Assembly: GCA_965249485.1 (NCBI GenBank)
Contig: CBDFMG010000005.1
Coordinates: 64,001 to 128,000 of the forward strand
DNA from: a bacterium
Lineage (GTDB): Bacteria; SM23-31
Direction: 5' to 3'
DNA length: 64,000 nt
Made by a program: the position numbers and the translations under genes. The notes under the pieces are model-generated. The model did no database searches. It was not told the DNA's origin and saw only the letters and a program-made list of their open reading frames with translations. Of this stretch, positions 1-10,437 are shown in pieces (the first letter of the stretch is position 1; each line of letters starts with the position of its first letter).

Positions 1-1
1 T

Positions 2-763
2 GATGAACAAAACAAAATTCTTGATTATGAGTTGATGGTTTATCTGTGCAGTGGAACGGACAGTGAAAGGCTAAAGTGGTTTGAGACAATCAATATTGCA
101 GGTGAAAAACTAACCCAACAAGAACTTAGAAACGCTGTATATTCTGGTTCATGGGTTTCTGATACCAAACGCTATTTTAGTAAAACTGGATGTGCTGCTT
201 ATGGCATTGCCAGTGATTATGTAAGTGGTTCTACCATCCGTCAGGAATATCTTGAAACGGCAATAAGGTGGATTTCAAAAGATAGCATAAATGAATATAT
301 GTCCATACACCAACACGACCAAAATGCAAATATCTTGTGGAATTATTTTCAAAGTGTAATTAATTGGGTTGAGACTACTTTCAAGGTCAAAAGAAAATAT
401 ATGAAAAGCGTGAATTGGGGTTATTTGTATAATGAATACAAAGACGTTCAATTAGACACAGATAAGATTGAAAAAGAAACAGAAAAAATGTTATTGGATG
501 ATGATGTTACTAAAAAAAGTGGAATTTATCCATACATTCTGACACGAGATGAAAAACATCTTTCAATCCGTGCATTTACAGAAAATATGAAACACAAAGT
601 CTATGAAATACAAGAAGGTAAATGCGTAATCTGTAAAGAACAGTTTGAATTATCAGAAATGGAAGCAGATCATATAACCCCGTGGCACGAGGGGGGTAAA
701 ACAATAGAAGAAAACTGTCAGTTACTTTGTAAGAATGACAATCGTAGAAAGTCAGGAAAATAA
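2..763 (+). CDS. DUF262 (GmrSD-like) plus C-terminal HNH endonuclease, 5'-truncated by the window edge
   Basis: The frame is open from base 2. FETINIAGEKLTQQELRNA matches the DUF262 F..IN..G..L...EL motif, and CVIC...EADHITPWHEGGKT..ENCQLLC..DN is an HNH motif. Confidence 0.8.
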   Translation, partial: DEQNKILDYELMVYLCSGTDSERLKWFETINIAGEKLTQQELRNAVYSGSWVSDTKRYFSKTGCAAYGIASDYVSGSTIRQEYLETAIRWISKDSINEYMSIHQHDQNANILWNYFQSVINWVETTFKVKRKYMKSVNWGYLYNEYKDVQLDTDKIEKETEKMLLDDDVTKKSGIYPYILTRDEKHLSIRAFTENMKHKVYEIQEGKCVICKEQFELSEMEADHITPWHEGGKTIEENCQLLCKNDNRRKSGK

Positions 764-945
764 CCCCTCGACAATTAACACGAAGAAGATCCGTATTTCA
801 GGTCTCGATAACCCGACAGAACCAATAATAGGGTTCTGTTACCTCTTAGGTTGTTATTATCGCTGTTACCTATCGGTTGATAAAAACTATCATTTGGTTA
901 AAATATTTGCTAAATTTGACCTTTTATAAAAAATGAAGATGGGCA

Positions 946-2019
946 TTATCCATCCATAGTTTTGATGTCTTTTATTATCTGTCCAAATTCAGCATACAAT
1001 CTTTCAAAATGTTTTAATTTTTCCTTATTTTTTGCAATTTCCCTCATTTCCCCTCTTGGAAAATTTTGCAACAATTCTTGAAATTCACTAACTTTACCTT
1101 CTACTTCATCAGCAATTTTTGCCGAAATAGTTCTTTTGGATTCTTGTTGTTGTAAAATTTCAACTGCTTCATCTATAGTTTTTCCTTCTTCCAGAGATCC
1201 ATATGCATCCTTGCCATCTTGAATAATCTTTTCCAATTTTCTAACTTTTATTGCCATTGGAAATTGATTGTTGTAGATCCATTTCATAAATAATTCCAAA
1301 TTACTTGGATCATTTGCCCATTCTCTTAGATATTTTTTCTTCCATAATTCTTCAAAGTGAGAATATCTTCTTAACCATAAATTATCATCAGGGTATCTTT
1401 CTCTATATTTCAGAGTAGTATCATATGCATTTTTCATCTGTGTCACTTTTGTTTTACTTATGCTTATTGCATTAGCTACATCATCATATGGGTAGCCATG
1501 TTTTGAAATTAGATCGTAAACATGAGCACTTTGATTTAATGCAGCCCACTCTTTTTTTCCACTTACATGTATGCGTGCAAGAAAAATCGCAAGGTGTTTA
1601 TCACCTATATCTTTTGGAAAAATAATGCATTGGACAGGATCAATCTTGGAAATTGGTATTTCTTTTTCTTTACCCGATTTAATATCTTCAAGAAGTTTTC
1701 TCAAACAAACTATCCGCCTGTTTCCTTCAATTACGTAATAAATACCACGATCTGTTTCTTGAACAAATGGTTTTTCAGATAAACCACCTGAAAATCTAAT
1801 TTCTCGTAAAAGTTTCTTTGTATCGGATTCATCCCAAATCCACTGCTCAATTTCTTTGTCATTTAGGGATGTGTCGAGATGTTTGAACCTAACATTTTTT
1901 GGATCTAAAATTAGGTCTGATATTTGCAGATATTTCAAATCACCAATAATGGTATTATCCTTTGTAATTGGTACTTGAATTTTTGTATCTACTTGGCTTC
2001 GCTCTGTTTCTATGGTCAT
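946..2019 (-). CDS. ParB/Srx N-terminal domain protein
   Basis: LILDPKNVRF and YYVIEGNRRIVCL match the ParB-like GNRR motif. Confidence 0.7.
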   Translation of the reverse strand: MTIETERSQVDTKIQVPITKDNTIIGDLKYLQISDLILDPKNVRFKHLDTSLNDKEIEQWIWDESDTKKLLREIRFSGGLSEKPFVQETDRGIYYVIEGNRRIVCLRKLLEDIKSGKEKEIPISKIDPVQCIIFPKDIGDKHLAIFLARIHVSGKKEWAALNQSAHVYDLISKHGYPYDDVANAISISKTKVTQMKNAYDTTLKYRERYPDDNLWLRRYSHFEELWKKKYLREWANDPSNLELFMKWIYNNQFPMAIKVRKLEKIIQDGKDAYGSLEEGKTIDEAVEILQQQESKRTISAKIADEVEGKVSEFQELLQNFPRGEMREIAKNKEKLKHFERLYAEFGQIIKDIKTMDG

Positions 2020-2155
2020 TACATAATAACCAATACTAGTATTAATAAATATTTTGATACTATATGATACTTAGTAATACTATAATTGAATGACATATGT
2101 TTACACTCCACGATTATAAATTAGAACACTTAATTCCCATTATTGGTTTTTCATT

Positions 2156-2249
2156 TCATACTTGCGTTTTGAATTATTGTCTTACATTTGTTGTCTCCAT
2201 GTATAATAATCCCTGATCTATCTGCTGGTGTATTGCCACCTAAACTCAT
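2156..2249 (-). pseudogene. C-terminal fragment of an IS6-family DDE transposase
   Basis: Translates as MSLGGNTPADRSGIIIHGDNKCKTIIQNASMK*, resembling the archaeal IS6-type tail (L.G.TPA...GI.....KW..LIQNA). Confidence 0.55.
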
Positions 2250-2324
2250 ACACTGGTAAATCTTAGGGACATTTGCTATTTTTTAGGAACAAAAAATGTG
2301 AAAACACCCGAATTTATCAGTGTA
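2249..2324. mobile_element. ~76-bp MITE with TA-flanked terminal inverted repeats (IS630/Tc1-like)
   Basis: Ends are TACACTGGTAAATCTTAGGG and CCCGAATTTATCAGTGTA. Related single ends lie at 2921-2940 and 24811-24830. Confidence 0.6.
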
Positions 2325-2325
2325 G

Positions 2326-2535
2326 GATTTAATCAAACAAGCTGGAACCAAGCCAAACTTTGTAAATAATTTGGGAAAGAGAATCAAGAAAGTATCAATA
2401 GTCAATGAGGATGATTCTGTTAAAGTTACTCCTAAGAAATGGATTGACAAATTCATTTGGAGAGAGATAAATGACATTTTGAGGCTTTATGGGTTTAGCT
2501 GGTTATCTAGTGGCAAGGATAGTTGCTAGCTTAAG
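2326..2535 (+). pseudogene. C-terminal fragment of a thaumarchaeal DDE integrase/transposase with an internal stop
   Basis: Translates as DLIKQAGTKPNFVNNLGKRIKKVSIVNEDDSVKVTPKKWIDKFIWREINDILRLYGFSWLSSGKDSC*. It has no start codon and abuts the MITE. Confidence 0.45.
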
Positions 2536-2560
2536 ATAATCTCATAAATTTTTTTATATT

Positions 2561-2869
2561 TTGAATTTAATTTATAATATGACAAAAAAGGAACTGCTTA
2601 CACTGCGTGATCTCAAAGATGCAGTTGACAGCAAGCAAGGATTCATCGTTATACATATGCCCAAAAAACCTACCGAAAAAAGAACCAAGATCCATAAGTC
2701 TTCATGCAGTAATATTAAGAAACTGTTTATTGGAAGATATGGCGTAGACCTAGATAGAAAACTAGGTGGTAATAAGCAAAAATATTATCATTATGATTCC
2801 TTTGATGAAATAATGAGTGATCATCCAAAAGCCAAACCATGTAGCAAATGCAAACCTGTAGCCCTCTAA
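2561..2869 (+). CDS. Small hypothetical protein, possibly Zn-binding; similar to 33979-34257
   Basis: H-x3-C ... YYH ... CxxC pattern is largely shared with the 33979 ORF. Confidence 0.55.
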   Translation: MNLIYNMTKKELLTLRDLKDAVDSKQGFIVIHMPKKPTEKRTKIHKSSCSNIKKLFIGRYGVDLDRKLGGNKQKYYHYDSFDEIMSDHPKAKPCSKCKPVAL

Positions 2870-3003
2870 CGTAACACCTCAGCCCTCGAATGTAACAGTC
2901 GTTTGAAAATGGTGAAAACCCCCTAAGATTCAACAGTGTAAACAATAGCAAGATTTTTTTCAGAAAATAATTTTACAGATTTTTATTCCAATATTTTTCA
3001 ACA

Positions 3004-3507
3004 TTATTTCTTTTCAGAGTGTTCAAGTACATTTGTCATGGCTCTATTCATAATTTCCATGACTAAATACTGAGAATATTCTTTAGATTTTTTACCCTTT
3101 GACTTGGTAGTTTTTGGAGTCAGACCTTTGATAATCTTTTCAATTTTGGTTGATGTGTTATCAATGATCTTGGAATATTTCGAATCAAAATCTTCGGGAG
3201 CCTGGAAATCCAGTAGTTTGGTTGAAGTGCCATAATATTTTTTTATGGCACCTCCTGATTCCTCAATTTTTACAATTTCTATTAATCCAGAGTCTTTGAG
3301 AATTCCTAGATGGTGACGTACAGTCGTTAATGCTTTCTTGAATCCTGTCCTTTTTAGAGAACTTGTAATCTGATCTGCAGAAAGTGCTTGATGGTATAAC
3401 ATTTCCACAATTTTGGCTCGTGCAGGGTCTTCAATTGCACGCGCATGTTCCATGCTTGTCGTAACGATGCGATTTACTTTGATTTGCTTTTCTAATAATG
3501 TAGACAT
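3004..3507 (-). CDS. ArsR-family winged helix-turn-helix regulator
   Basis: ARAIEDPARAKIVEML ... TTVRHHLGILKDSGLIEI ... KKYY. Likely start is MSTLLEK. Confidence 0.85.
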   Translation of the reverse strand: MSTLLEKQIKVNRIVTTSMEHARAIEDPARAKIVEMLYHQALSADQITSSLKRTGFKKALTTVRHHLGILKDSGLIEIVKIEESGGAIKKYYGTSTKLLDFQAPEDFDSKYSKIIDNTSTKIEKIIKGLTPKTTKSKGKKSKEYSQYLVMEIMNRAMTNVLEHSEKK

Positions 3508-3655
3508 ATTAAGATGCACTTTCTGCCTGATCTAAAAGATCCCTGTATCATATTTTTTTGTCTAATCGCATTAATTTTTTTTTGTTTCAATAAAATTCAT
3601 ACCACTATTACCACATACCAGAAGATAGGCTGTCTGAATTTGCGATTCACAGAAA

Positions 3656-4309
3656 ATGCTATTGCGTCTCATAAGCGTGACAAAATTTAATAGCAAAAAT
3701 GACATGATGCCAGTAATGTCTGGGCGGCCGTCGTCACAACCTGCTTTTTCAACTCATGTGCAAAATGTTTTGAAGACTCTCAGACCAGATGAAAAAAAGA
3801 CTGAAATTGAACTGAACAAGATTGTTGCCAAAGCAAAAGAACGGGGAGATCTTTATTTATCTGCCACTGTGCTTGCGCCTTCTGTACTGTTGGTAACTGC
3901 CACATTATATGATTTTAATGTGTGGATACTTTCAATAATTTTATTTTCACTTGCCGCAGTAATTAAATTTGAAGATGTAACAAATTATTTGATTCCAGGT
4001 TCCGCCAACTTAACGTCAGATCCACCAGATGCAAAAATACACGATCTTGAAAATAAATGCGAAGAACAAAAATGGGAAATTGAAGAATTAAAACATAAAA
4101 ATAAAAAATTAGTGAACGAGAGTAAAGAAAAAAGTATCAAAATTATAAAACTTGAAAAAGGCTCACAAAACACCAATGCAAGATTAGACAAATCAGAAAT
4201 AGAAAACAAAGAAAAATTTGAAGCCATCAGCGGCAAGATACATTCAAAGAATAATACTGAAAATACCGAAATGATTGATAAATCAAATAAAGATGAGATT
4301 ATAGATTGA
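3656..4309 (+). CDS. Membrane protein with C-terminal coiled coil (start uncertain)
   Basis: Two hydrophobic helices followed by K/E-rich heptads. Confidence 0.55.
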   Translation: MLLRLISVTKFNSKNDMMPVMSGRPSSQPAFSTHVQNVLKTLRPDEKKTEIELNKIVAKAKERGDLYLSATVLAPSVLLVTATLYDFNVWILSIILFSLAAVIKFEDVTNYLIPGSANLTSDPPDAKIHDLENKCEEQKWEIEELKHKNKKLVNESKEKSIKIIKLEKGSQNTNARLDKSEIENKEKFEAISGKIHSKNNTENTEMIDKSNKDEIID

Positions 4310-4521
4310 ATTTCAACATATTTCGATGTCGTATTTGTGGCAGACGTGGAATGGCAGAAGAGCAAGATCTGCATGAATGCAGGCCGCTTAAAAAATACAA
4401 AATCACAGGTAATATTTTACAAGTTTTTGACGGTAAGGCGTGGTACCCATTAAAACTAGAGGAGGCATATCCGACGTTTTTTGACATGGAGAAAAACCGA
4501 CGTAGACTTGACAGGACCTGA
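4306..4521 (+). CDS. Small Zn-finger-like protein ending at an IS-end-like sequence
   Basis: CxxC...HxC motif; the ORF ends at ...GACAGGACC, similar to the ACAGAACC ends found elsewhere in the window. Confidence 0.5.
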   Translation: MNFNIFRCRICGRRGMAEEQDLHECRPLKKYKITGNILQVFDGKAWYPLKLEEAYPTFFDMEKNRRRLDRT

Positions 4522-4719
4522 TTCCGGCGTATTCATGTTCTGAGAGTTCTGGCGAAATGTATTATTCTCACTGCTACCCGGACCCGGAATACCTCATTCT
4601 TCGCGCAAACAGGCTCGAATTGATGGACATCAAAAGAACATAGTTGAAAATTTGAGCCAATACAGATCTTCATCTTGGATGACAGCCAGTGTTAATACAA
4701 ATAAGCGTGGCAAAATTTA

Positions 4720-4953
4720 ATGGCAAAACGGCATACAGGATCAATGAGCATGCAGCAGAGGGGCAACAGGTGGTTTCTGCTTCCGATATTTCTGGGAATG
4801 ATAGGCGGAATCATCGCATACTTTGCTCTGCGCAACGATGATCCTTGCAAGGCAAGAAACTGCATCTATCTCAGTCTTGTCCTGCTGGTTGCCTGGATGC
4901 CCCTGGTTGCTCTGGAGTGGGCTCTTACGGATCCGGCAATGTTTGAGCCCTGA
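4720..4953 (+). CDS. Small two-TM membrane protein; similar to 62159-62395
   Basis: RWFLLPIFLGMIGGIIAYF ... KARNCIYLSL. A truncated copy of its 5' end lies at 34319-34360. Confidence 0.65.
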   Translation: MAKRHTGSMSMQQRGNRWFLLPIFLGMIGGIIAYFALRNDDPCKARNCIYLSLVLLVAWMPLVALEWALTDPAMFEP

Positions 4954-4965
4954 CTTGTTTGGTTG

Positions 4966-5320
4966 AGCTGATCAAAAAATTAACAAATTAAGCTGATCAA
5001 AAAATTAACAAATTAAGCTGATCAAAAAATTAACAAATTAAGTTAATCAAAAAATTATTTCAACAAAAATAAATTGATCAAACCAGCTTGAATTTAACTT
5101 GGATTGAATTTAACTTGGATTGAATTTGATCTTTCGGGGGGGGGGGCATGAAACATTTTAAATTTAATTGATGATTTTAAATTTAATTGATGATTTTAAA
5201 TTTAATTGATGATTTTGAGCTGATGATTTTGAGCTGATGATTCTGAGCTGATGATTCTGAGCTGATGATTCTGAGCTGATGATTCTGAGCTGATGATTCT
5301 GAGCTGATGATTCTGAGCTG
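4966..5320. repeat. Compound tandem repeat block
   Basis: 25-bp AGCTGATCAAAAAATTAACAAATTA x3, 16-bp TTGAATTTAACTTGGA x2, an 11-G run, 19-bp TTTTAAATTTAATTGATGA x3 and 14-bp TGAGCTGATGATTY x7.5. Confidence 0.95.
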
Positions 5321-5594
5321 GGTTTGCAGTAGATACAGAAAAAAAATTAGTTTAAAAAAAATTTAAATTTTAAATTGATTAATCTGTAGATACAGAAAAA
5401 TTTAATTTAAAAAATAAGATAGATGAAATGTAAGTAAAATGGGTAGATACAGAAAATTGAAGAAATTGAAAGAAAAATTGATAAGATGCGGACTTAGACA
5501 AATTCCTTTCGTATTTTTTCAATCTCAAAAAAGGTGTTTTTTTCAAATACGTGTTTCAAAAAGGGGTTCTGAAAATGATAATTTGGGATTAGGA

Positions 5595-5975
5595 TTATAG
5601 TGATATCACAATCCCTCTTTTCTGTTCTGTCATTTGCATGTCGTCTCCTTTCTTGAGATTCATTGCATCTGCCAGCTTGCGTGGTATCACAAACTTGGTA
5701 GAGATGTAGGACTCTTTTGGTGTCCTTTTAGTGACAAACTGCGTTATCGTAACTGGCATGTCATCGGCATATATTCTCTCAGGTACGAGGCGTATCTTTC
5801 TGGCTGAAACACATGATATGTACATTCTCTGGCTGTTTTGGAGTCTCAGGGACTCTGCAATGTGATACGGTATCAGTATGTGCATTCTTTCATAATCGCG
5901 CCCTGCCCTCTGCTTTGCTACCTGTATCTTCACAAAGACAAATGGAACTAGGGTATTTAATCCCCCCAGCTTCAC
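5595..5975 (-). CDS. Tandem AbrB/MazE-type DNA-binding protein
   Basis: Two copies of the IP..IA..L.L motif: ILIPYHIAESLRL and FVIPRKLADAMNLKKGD. Confidence 0.65.
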   Translation of the reverse strand: MKLGGLNTLVPFVFVKIQVAKQRAGRDYERMHILIPYHIAESLRLQNSQRMYISCVSARKIRLVPERIYADDMPVTITQFVTKRTPKESYISTKFVIPRKLADAMNLKKGDDMQMTEQKRGIVISL

Positions 5976-6443
5976 TGACTCCTATCTGTGCCGATTTTTG
6001 CGGATTTTTGTGTTTGTGTTATGCAAGCAGGAAGGTACGACGTTGTGTGCAGATACTCCAGACGGCAGTCGCAGAAGATGGTGAGATGATGGAAGACTAT
6101 TGTATCTATTGGCAGTCCAAATGTGAAGGATCCATGTTCAGGTATTGCCTGACATTTGACAGTCTCTGCTACGAGGCACGCTATGAATCCTGCTCCGAAT
6201 TTCAAGAGATGTGCATGCTTGCAAGGCTGCTGCTCTGACATTTAATGATGTGTGTAATGCTGTTTTTCCCCGACCGCTCCAAAAAAAGAGAACGGTTTCG
6301 ACGATACCCGCGTGGGATAAAGTCAACCCAATCATGAATAATTGAGCATCTACAACAGCTAACTCCTCAGACGAGGATCATTTTAGCTGATTGTAGAATC
6401 ATCAGGGGGATTCCCTGTATGGTGTTTTACTGTGATTTTCCTT

Positions 6444-6791
6444 TCACATTGCACCTAGTGCGTCTTGCGTCTGGCTGTTTGCCAGTCTGCATGCCTTCTT
6501 GCCTGGACCTTCTAATGCCCTGTAGAACTCTTTCAACAGTTCATACTCGCTGTTCTTTGTGAGTTCCTCCAGTATCATTACCATTGTCCTTGACTGCAAT
6601 TTCTTTTTGCAATCCTTGCATTTTGGAATTATTTTGTCTAACTTTTCCTGTGTGCCTTTTTTGACAAATCCATGTGCCTTTTTTGCAGGTTGTCCGGACT
6701 CACAGTAGAGCCTCCGAATCAAACGCTGCTTTGAGTCGTTTTCTGCAAGATGGTCAAATATCTTGCATAGCAGGTTTGTTCCTAATGCCAT
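6444..6791 (-). CDS. Hypothetical protein
   Basis: 115-aa ORF in line with the minus-strand cassette. Confidence 0.5.
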   Translation of the reverse strand: MALGTNLLCKIFDHLAENDSKQRLIRRLYCESGQPAKKAHGFVKKGTQEKLDKIIPKCKDCKKKLQSRTMVMILEELTKNSEYELLKEFYRALEGPGKKACRLANSQTQDALGAM

Positions 6792-6926
6792 TTTTCTTCT
6801 TCTCTTTCAGTTGGTTTCAATTTTCATTCCTCCTTTTTCCATCAACTTTCTTTTCTTTTGTCTGTAGTACTCTTTTCTCTTCTCTTTCACGTCAGGCCTC
6901 CTGTTTGGATCTCTTTTCCGTTCTTT

Positions 6927-7160
6927 TTATCGCATTGCATCGGCATGACCCTCCGCTGAATCGGATAGCATCATTTTGACTGCCTGCACATGTGAGCAGT
7001 CGCTCCTATACCTGAATCCCTTACACTCGCATTCTAGGTCGCAAATCACATATGACTTGTTTGGGACAGAGGACTTTACCTGATACATTCCTTCATCGAT
7101 TTTTTCAATCGAGTTTGTCTTGATCAGCTGTTTTGCTTTTTTCTCTGTATAAAGAGACAT
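6927..7160 (-). CDS. SWIM zinc-finger protein
   Basis: YQVKSS...Y.I...ECECKGFRYRSDCSHVQAV fits CxCx(n)CxH. Confidence 0.85.
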   Translation of the reverse strand: MSLYTEKKAKQLIKTNSIEKIDEGMYQVKSSVPNKSYVICDLECECKGFRYRSDCSHVQAVKMMLSDSAEGHADAMR

Positions 7161-7166
7161 TTTTTG

Positions 7167-7508
7167 CTACTCCTCATCCTCGTTTGCAGTCATTTGCTCT
7201 ACGCCGTCTGCAAAGGTTACGATTGTTTTTTCTGTTTTGGCATTAGTAGTTTTCTTTCCAGAATACTTTCCGTGTGTCTTCTGCAACATCTCTATGAGTT
7301 CTGGGATTTGCTCCAGTTGTATTGATGGTCCCCTATTCCACACTGTTTGACTGTTCTCCGAGTTGATGAATGTGCTTGGTAGGCCAAACTGCACTTTGTC
7401 TTGAGGGACCTTGTTGCCTTTTTGTATTTGAAGTAATAGTTTTGCATTATTTGGAAGATGATTTATTTTCATCTGTGCAATGGTCTCAAAGTCTTCTGTG
7501 TTTGACAT
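7167..7508 (-). CDS. Hypothetical protein
   Basis: 113-aa ORF with operon-like spacing. Confidence 0.6.
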   Translation of the reverse strand: MSNTEDFETIAQMKINHLPNNAKLLLQIQKGNKVPQDKVQFGLPSTFINSENSQTVWNRGPSIQLEQIPELIEMLQKTHGKYSGKKTTNAKTEKTIVTFADGVEQMTANEDEE

Positions 7509-7566
7509 CAGTTTGCAACCTCATCTAGTCTTTGCTGTGCCTGTTCTATTTGATCATCAGATGCCA

Positions 7567-8121
7567 TTATGAGACAGCCTCCAATCTTTTGAGACCTGAG
7601 ACATGATGTATGCCATGCTTCTCCATTAGACGGCTCCGTTTCATGGATTCTTTGATCTCTTTTATCTGACGTTTTGCAGATACTGCGTTATTCTCTATTA
7701 CCTTGCGGCAATATTTCATTACTTGTCTGAAATCTTGTCCGTGTTGTGTAAGGTCTGGCTGCCTGGATATTTCACATGCCAATGCATATGGTATGTGGTC
7801 TTCTGCAATGATGTATGCCATGCCAATATCCTGTGAGTAGTTCATTCCGCCGCCACAAAGAGCTAAATAGTATTCCTCACTCTCAATGTTTTTGACTGCT
7901 GTTAGACATGTCTTTTTGTGGATTTGAAATATTTGCTCATCAGTTGGACAATCATATAGTGGGTATGCATAAAGCATCATTGGGTAGTAACTATCTTCAC
8001 TGATGCCATCCTGATTGTTGTCTGACCATTCTCCATGTTTTTCATACTCTGTATCCCTGCCTACAAATTCCCAGGATTCATAATTCCAATCATTGACTGA
8101 AATTGAATATTCTGTAGTCAT
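7567..8121 (-). CDS. Phage/plasmid-type hypothetical protein, first gene of cassette 1
   Basis: 184-aa ORF whose ATG overlaps the leader-peptide stop (TAATG). Confidence 0.75.
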   Translation of the reverse strand: MTTEYSISVNDWNYESWEFVGRDTEYEKHGEWSDNNQDGISEDSYYPMMLYAYPLYDCPTDEQIFQIHKKTCLTAVKNIESEEYYLALCGGGMNYSQDIGMAYIIAEDHIPYALACEISRQPDLTQHGQDFRQVMKYCRKVIENNAVSAKRQIKEIKESMKRSRLMEKHGIHHVSGLKRLEAVS

Positions 8122-8141
8122 TATTCTTCAACTCCTACTGT

Positions 8142-8437
8142 ACCTTTTGTATAAAAGGCAATTTTTTGTAATTTGTTTAGAGTGCTTTTACCTGCACTTG
8201 TGTTGTTTTGTTGAGCCATTGGCATCAACCTCCTATTATTCCAGTGTAACGTCTCTGGCAGTACGATTCCTATGTGAAATTATTTGTAGAATTATCTCTT
8301 TGAAATATTTCCGGAAAATAATTCCAGGAATTGAAAATCTGTTATGATTTTCTAATCAATCACACACCCATCCGCTGAGTCGGTCATCAATTGATGAAAA
8401 TAATGGGTTTGGAGTGATATGCTCAGTCAAGAAAAAA
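8142..8437 (-). promoter_or_regulatory. Structured cassette-header repeat, copy 1 (34-aa leader ORF at 8121-8225)
   Basis: Near-identical to the copies at 10143, 12038, 14500 and 16927. Contains several hairpins and AGGAGGT followed by ATG. Confidence 0.85.
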
Positions 8438-8826
8438 TTCAAGAGTCAAGAATTTGATTCAGCTCTTGCCTTACTTTTTTGAGTGTCTTTTTGTGTTTTC
8501 TGGTTCGTATGGAATCCTGGGCATATCCAAGACTCTTTCGTGCATCAGATATTATCCTAGCTGGGTGTTTTTTTGATGATTCCATACCTGTTGTCTATGG
8601 TCTGCCTTGTTTTTGGTTTGAGAAATTTGAGTAACTTTTGTGATTTTCCAGCCTCAGCAAACAATCTACATAGTTCTGGATTACAGTTGTGTTCTGCAAG
8701 AGACTCCCTGTCTGATTTGTTCTGTAACATGTTCTTTGTCTATTTCTGAGATTTCATCAGCATTTATCACACCGTCTAGTTTTTCTCGAACTTCTCGAAG
8801 GGCCTCAAATTTTTCTTCTTCGGCGT

Positions 8827-9870
8827 TCATTTGAGCCTCTCATTTTCTAGCAATTCTTTTTGGTTTGAGTGTTTGATGTTTTCTAGGTTAGATCCACTCA
8901 GGTTAGCTCCACTCAGGTTAGCTCCACTCAGATCAACCCTCTGAAGGTTAGATCCACTCAGGTTAGCTCCACTCAGATCAGCCTTCCGAAGGTCAGCTCC
9001 ACTCAGGTTAGCTTCACTCAGGTAAGCTCCCCCTAGGTAAGCTTCCCTCAGGTTAGCTCCACTCAGATCAGCCTTCCGAAGGTCAGCTCCACTCATGTTA
9101 GTTCCACCTAGGTAATCTCCACTCAGATCAGCCTTCCGAAGGTCAGCTTCACTCAGGTTAGCTTCACTCAGGTAAGCTCCCCTTAGGTAAGCTTCCCTCA
9201 GGTTAGCTCCACTCAGATCAGCCTTCCGAAGGTCAGCTCCACTCAGGTTAGTTCCACCTAGGTAATCTCCACTCAGATCAGCCTTTCGAAGGTCAGATCC
9301 ATTCATGTTAGTTCCACATAGGTAAGCTCCACTCAGATCAGCCTTCCGAAGGTTAGCTCCACTCAGATCAGCCCTCTGAAGGTTAGATCCACTTAGGTTA
9401 GCTCCACTCAGATCAGCCTTCCGAAGGTCAGCTTCACTCAGGTTAGCTCCACTCAGATCAACCTTCCGAAGGTTAGCTCCACTCAGATCAGCCCTCTGAA
9501 GGTTAGATCCACTTAGGTTAGCTCCACTCAGGTTAGCTCTACTCAGGTTAGCTCCCCTCAGGTTAGCTCCACTCAGATCAGCCCTCCGAAGGTTAGCTCC
9601 ACTCAGGTAAGCTTCCCTCAGGTTAGCTCCACTCAGATCAGCCTTTCGAAGGTCAGCTCCACTCATGTTAGTTCCACCTAGGTAATCTCCACTCAGATCA
9701 GCCTTCCGAAGGTCAGCTCCATTCAGGTTAGCTCCACTCAGATCAGCCTTCCGAAGGTTAGCTCCACTTAGGTTAGCTCCACTCAGATCAGCCTTCCAAA
9801 GGTCAGCTTCACCTAGGTCAGCATCCTTTAGGTTAGCTCCTGGTTTGATTTCGTATCCGTTCACGTTCAT
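8827..9870 (-). CDS. Pentapeptide repeat protein
   Basis: Roughly 60 A(D/N)LXX repeats (GANLS, KADLS). Likely start is MNVNGYEIK. Confidence 0.95.
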   Translation of the reverse strand: MNVNGYEIKPGANLKDADLGEADLWKADLSGANLSGANLRKADLSGANLNGADLRKADLSGDYLGGTNMSGADLRKADLSGANLREAYLSGANLRRADLSGANLRGANLSRANLSGANLSGSNLQRADLSGANLRKVDLSGANLSEADLRKADLSGANLSGSNLQRADLSGANLRKADLSGAYLCGTNMNGSDLRKADLSGDYLGGTNLSGADLRKADLSGANLREAYLRGAYLSEANLSEADLRKADLSGDYLGGTNMSGADLRKADLSGANLREAYLGGAYLSEANLSGADLRKADLSGANLSGSNLQRVDLSGANLSGANLSGSNLENIKHSNQKELLENERLK

Positions 9871-10112
9871 TCCATTGCCTCCCATTTTCTCTCTGCCTCT
9901 TCATGAATGTCGTCATAGAGATCCTCTATTGCCTGCTTATATTCCACGACTTTAACGTGGTCATAGTATTCGCCAGGAGGCAAACTTTCATCGTCGCTTT
10001 CGTACTCCACTTTGCCATCTTTTCGGAGAAGTACGCCTTCAAGATCATTGATCCAGTCTCGGAAAAGATCTATCTCTTCTGCTAGATACTCATCCATGTC
10101 TTTCTCATCCAT
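9867..10112 (-). CDS. Small very acidic protein, first gene of cassette 2
   Basis: 81 aa, D/E-rich; ATG overlaps the leader stop. Confidence 0.7.
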   Translation of the reverse strand: MDEKDMDEYLAEEIDLFRDWINDLEGVLLRKDGKVEYESDDESLPPGEYYDHVKVVEYKQAIEDLYDDIHEEAERKWEAME

Positions 10113-10142
10113 TATTGTTTTATTTCCTCCTTTTTTAGGATG

Positions 10143-10437
10143 CCTTTTACATTAAAGGCAATTTTTTGTAATTTTTTTAGAGTGCTTTTACCTGCACTTG
10201 TGTTGTTTTGTTGAGCCATTGGCATCAACCTCCTATTATTCCAGTGTAACGTCTCTGGCAGTACGATTCCTATGTGAAATTATTTGTAGAATTATCTCTT
10301 TGAAATATTTCCGGAAAATAATTCCAGGAATTGAAAATCTGTTATGATTTTCTAATCAATCACACACCCATCCGCTGAGTCGGTTCATATAGAATGAATA
10401 AAATGGGTTTGGAGTGATATGCTCAGTCAAGAAAAAA
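10143..10437 (-). promoter_or_regulatory. Cassette-header repeat, copy 2 (37-aa leader ORF at 10112-10225)
   Basis: Near-identical to copy 1. Confidence 0.85.

Noticed and set aside
5130..5150. Archaeal ORB origin box suggested by the G-string
   Set aside because: No TCCA...GAAAC core adjoins it and no cdc6/orc1 gene is in the window.
4966..5320. Possible CRISPR array
   Set aside because: The repeats are directly tandem with no unique spacers, and no cas genes are visible.
8827..9885. qnr quinolone-resistance gene
   Set aside because: It is a low-complexity, recently expanded A(D/N)LXX protein with no Qnr-specific features I can recognise.
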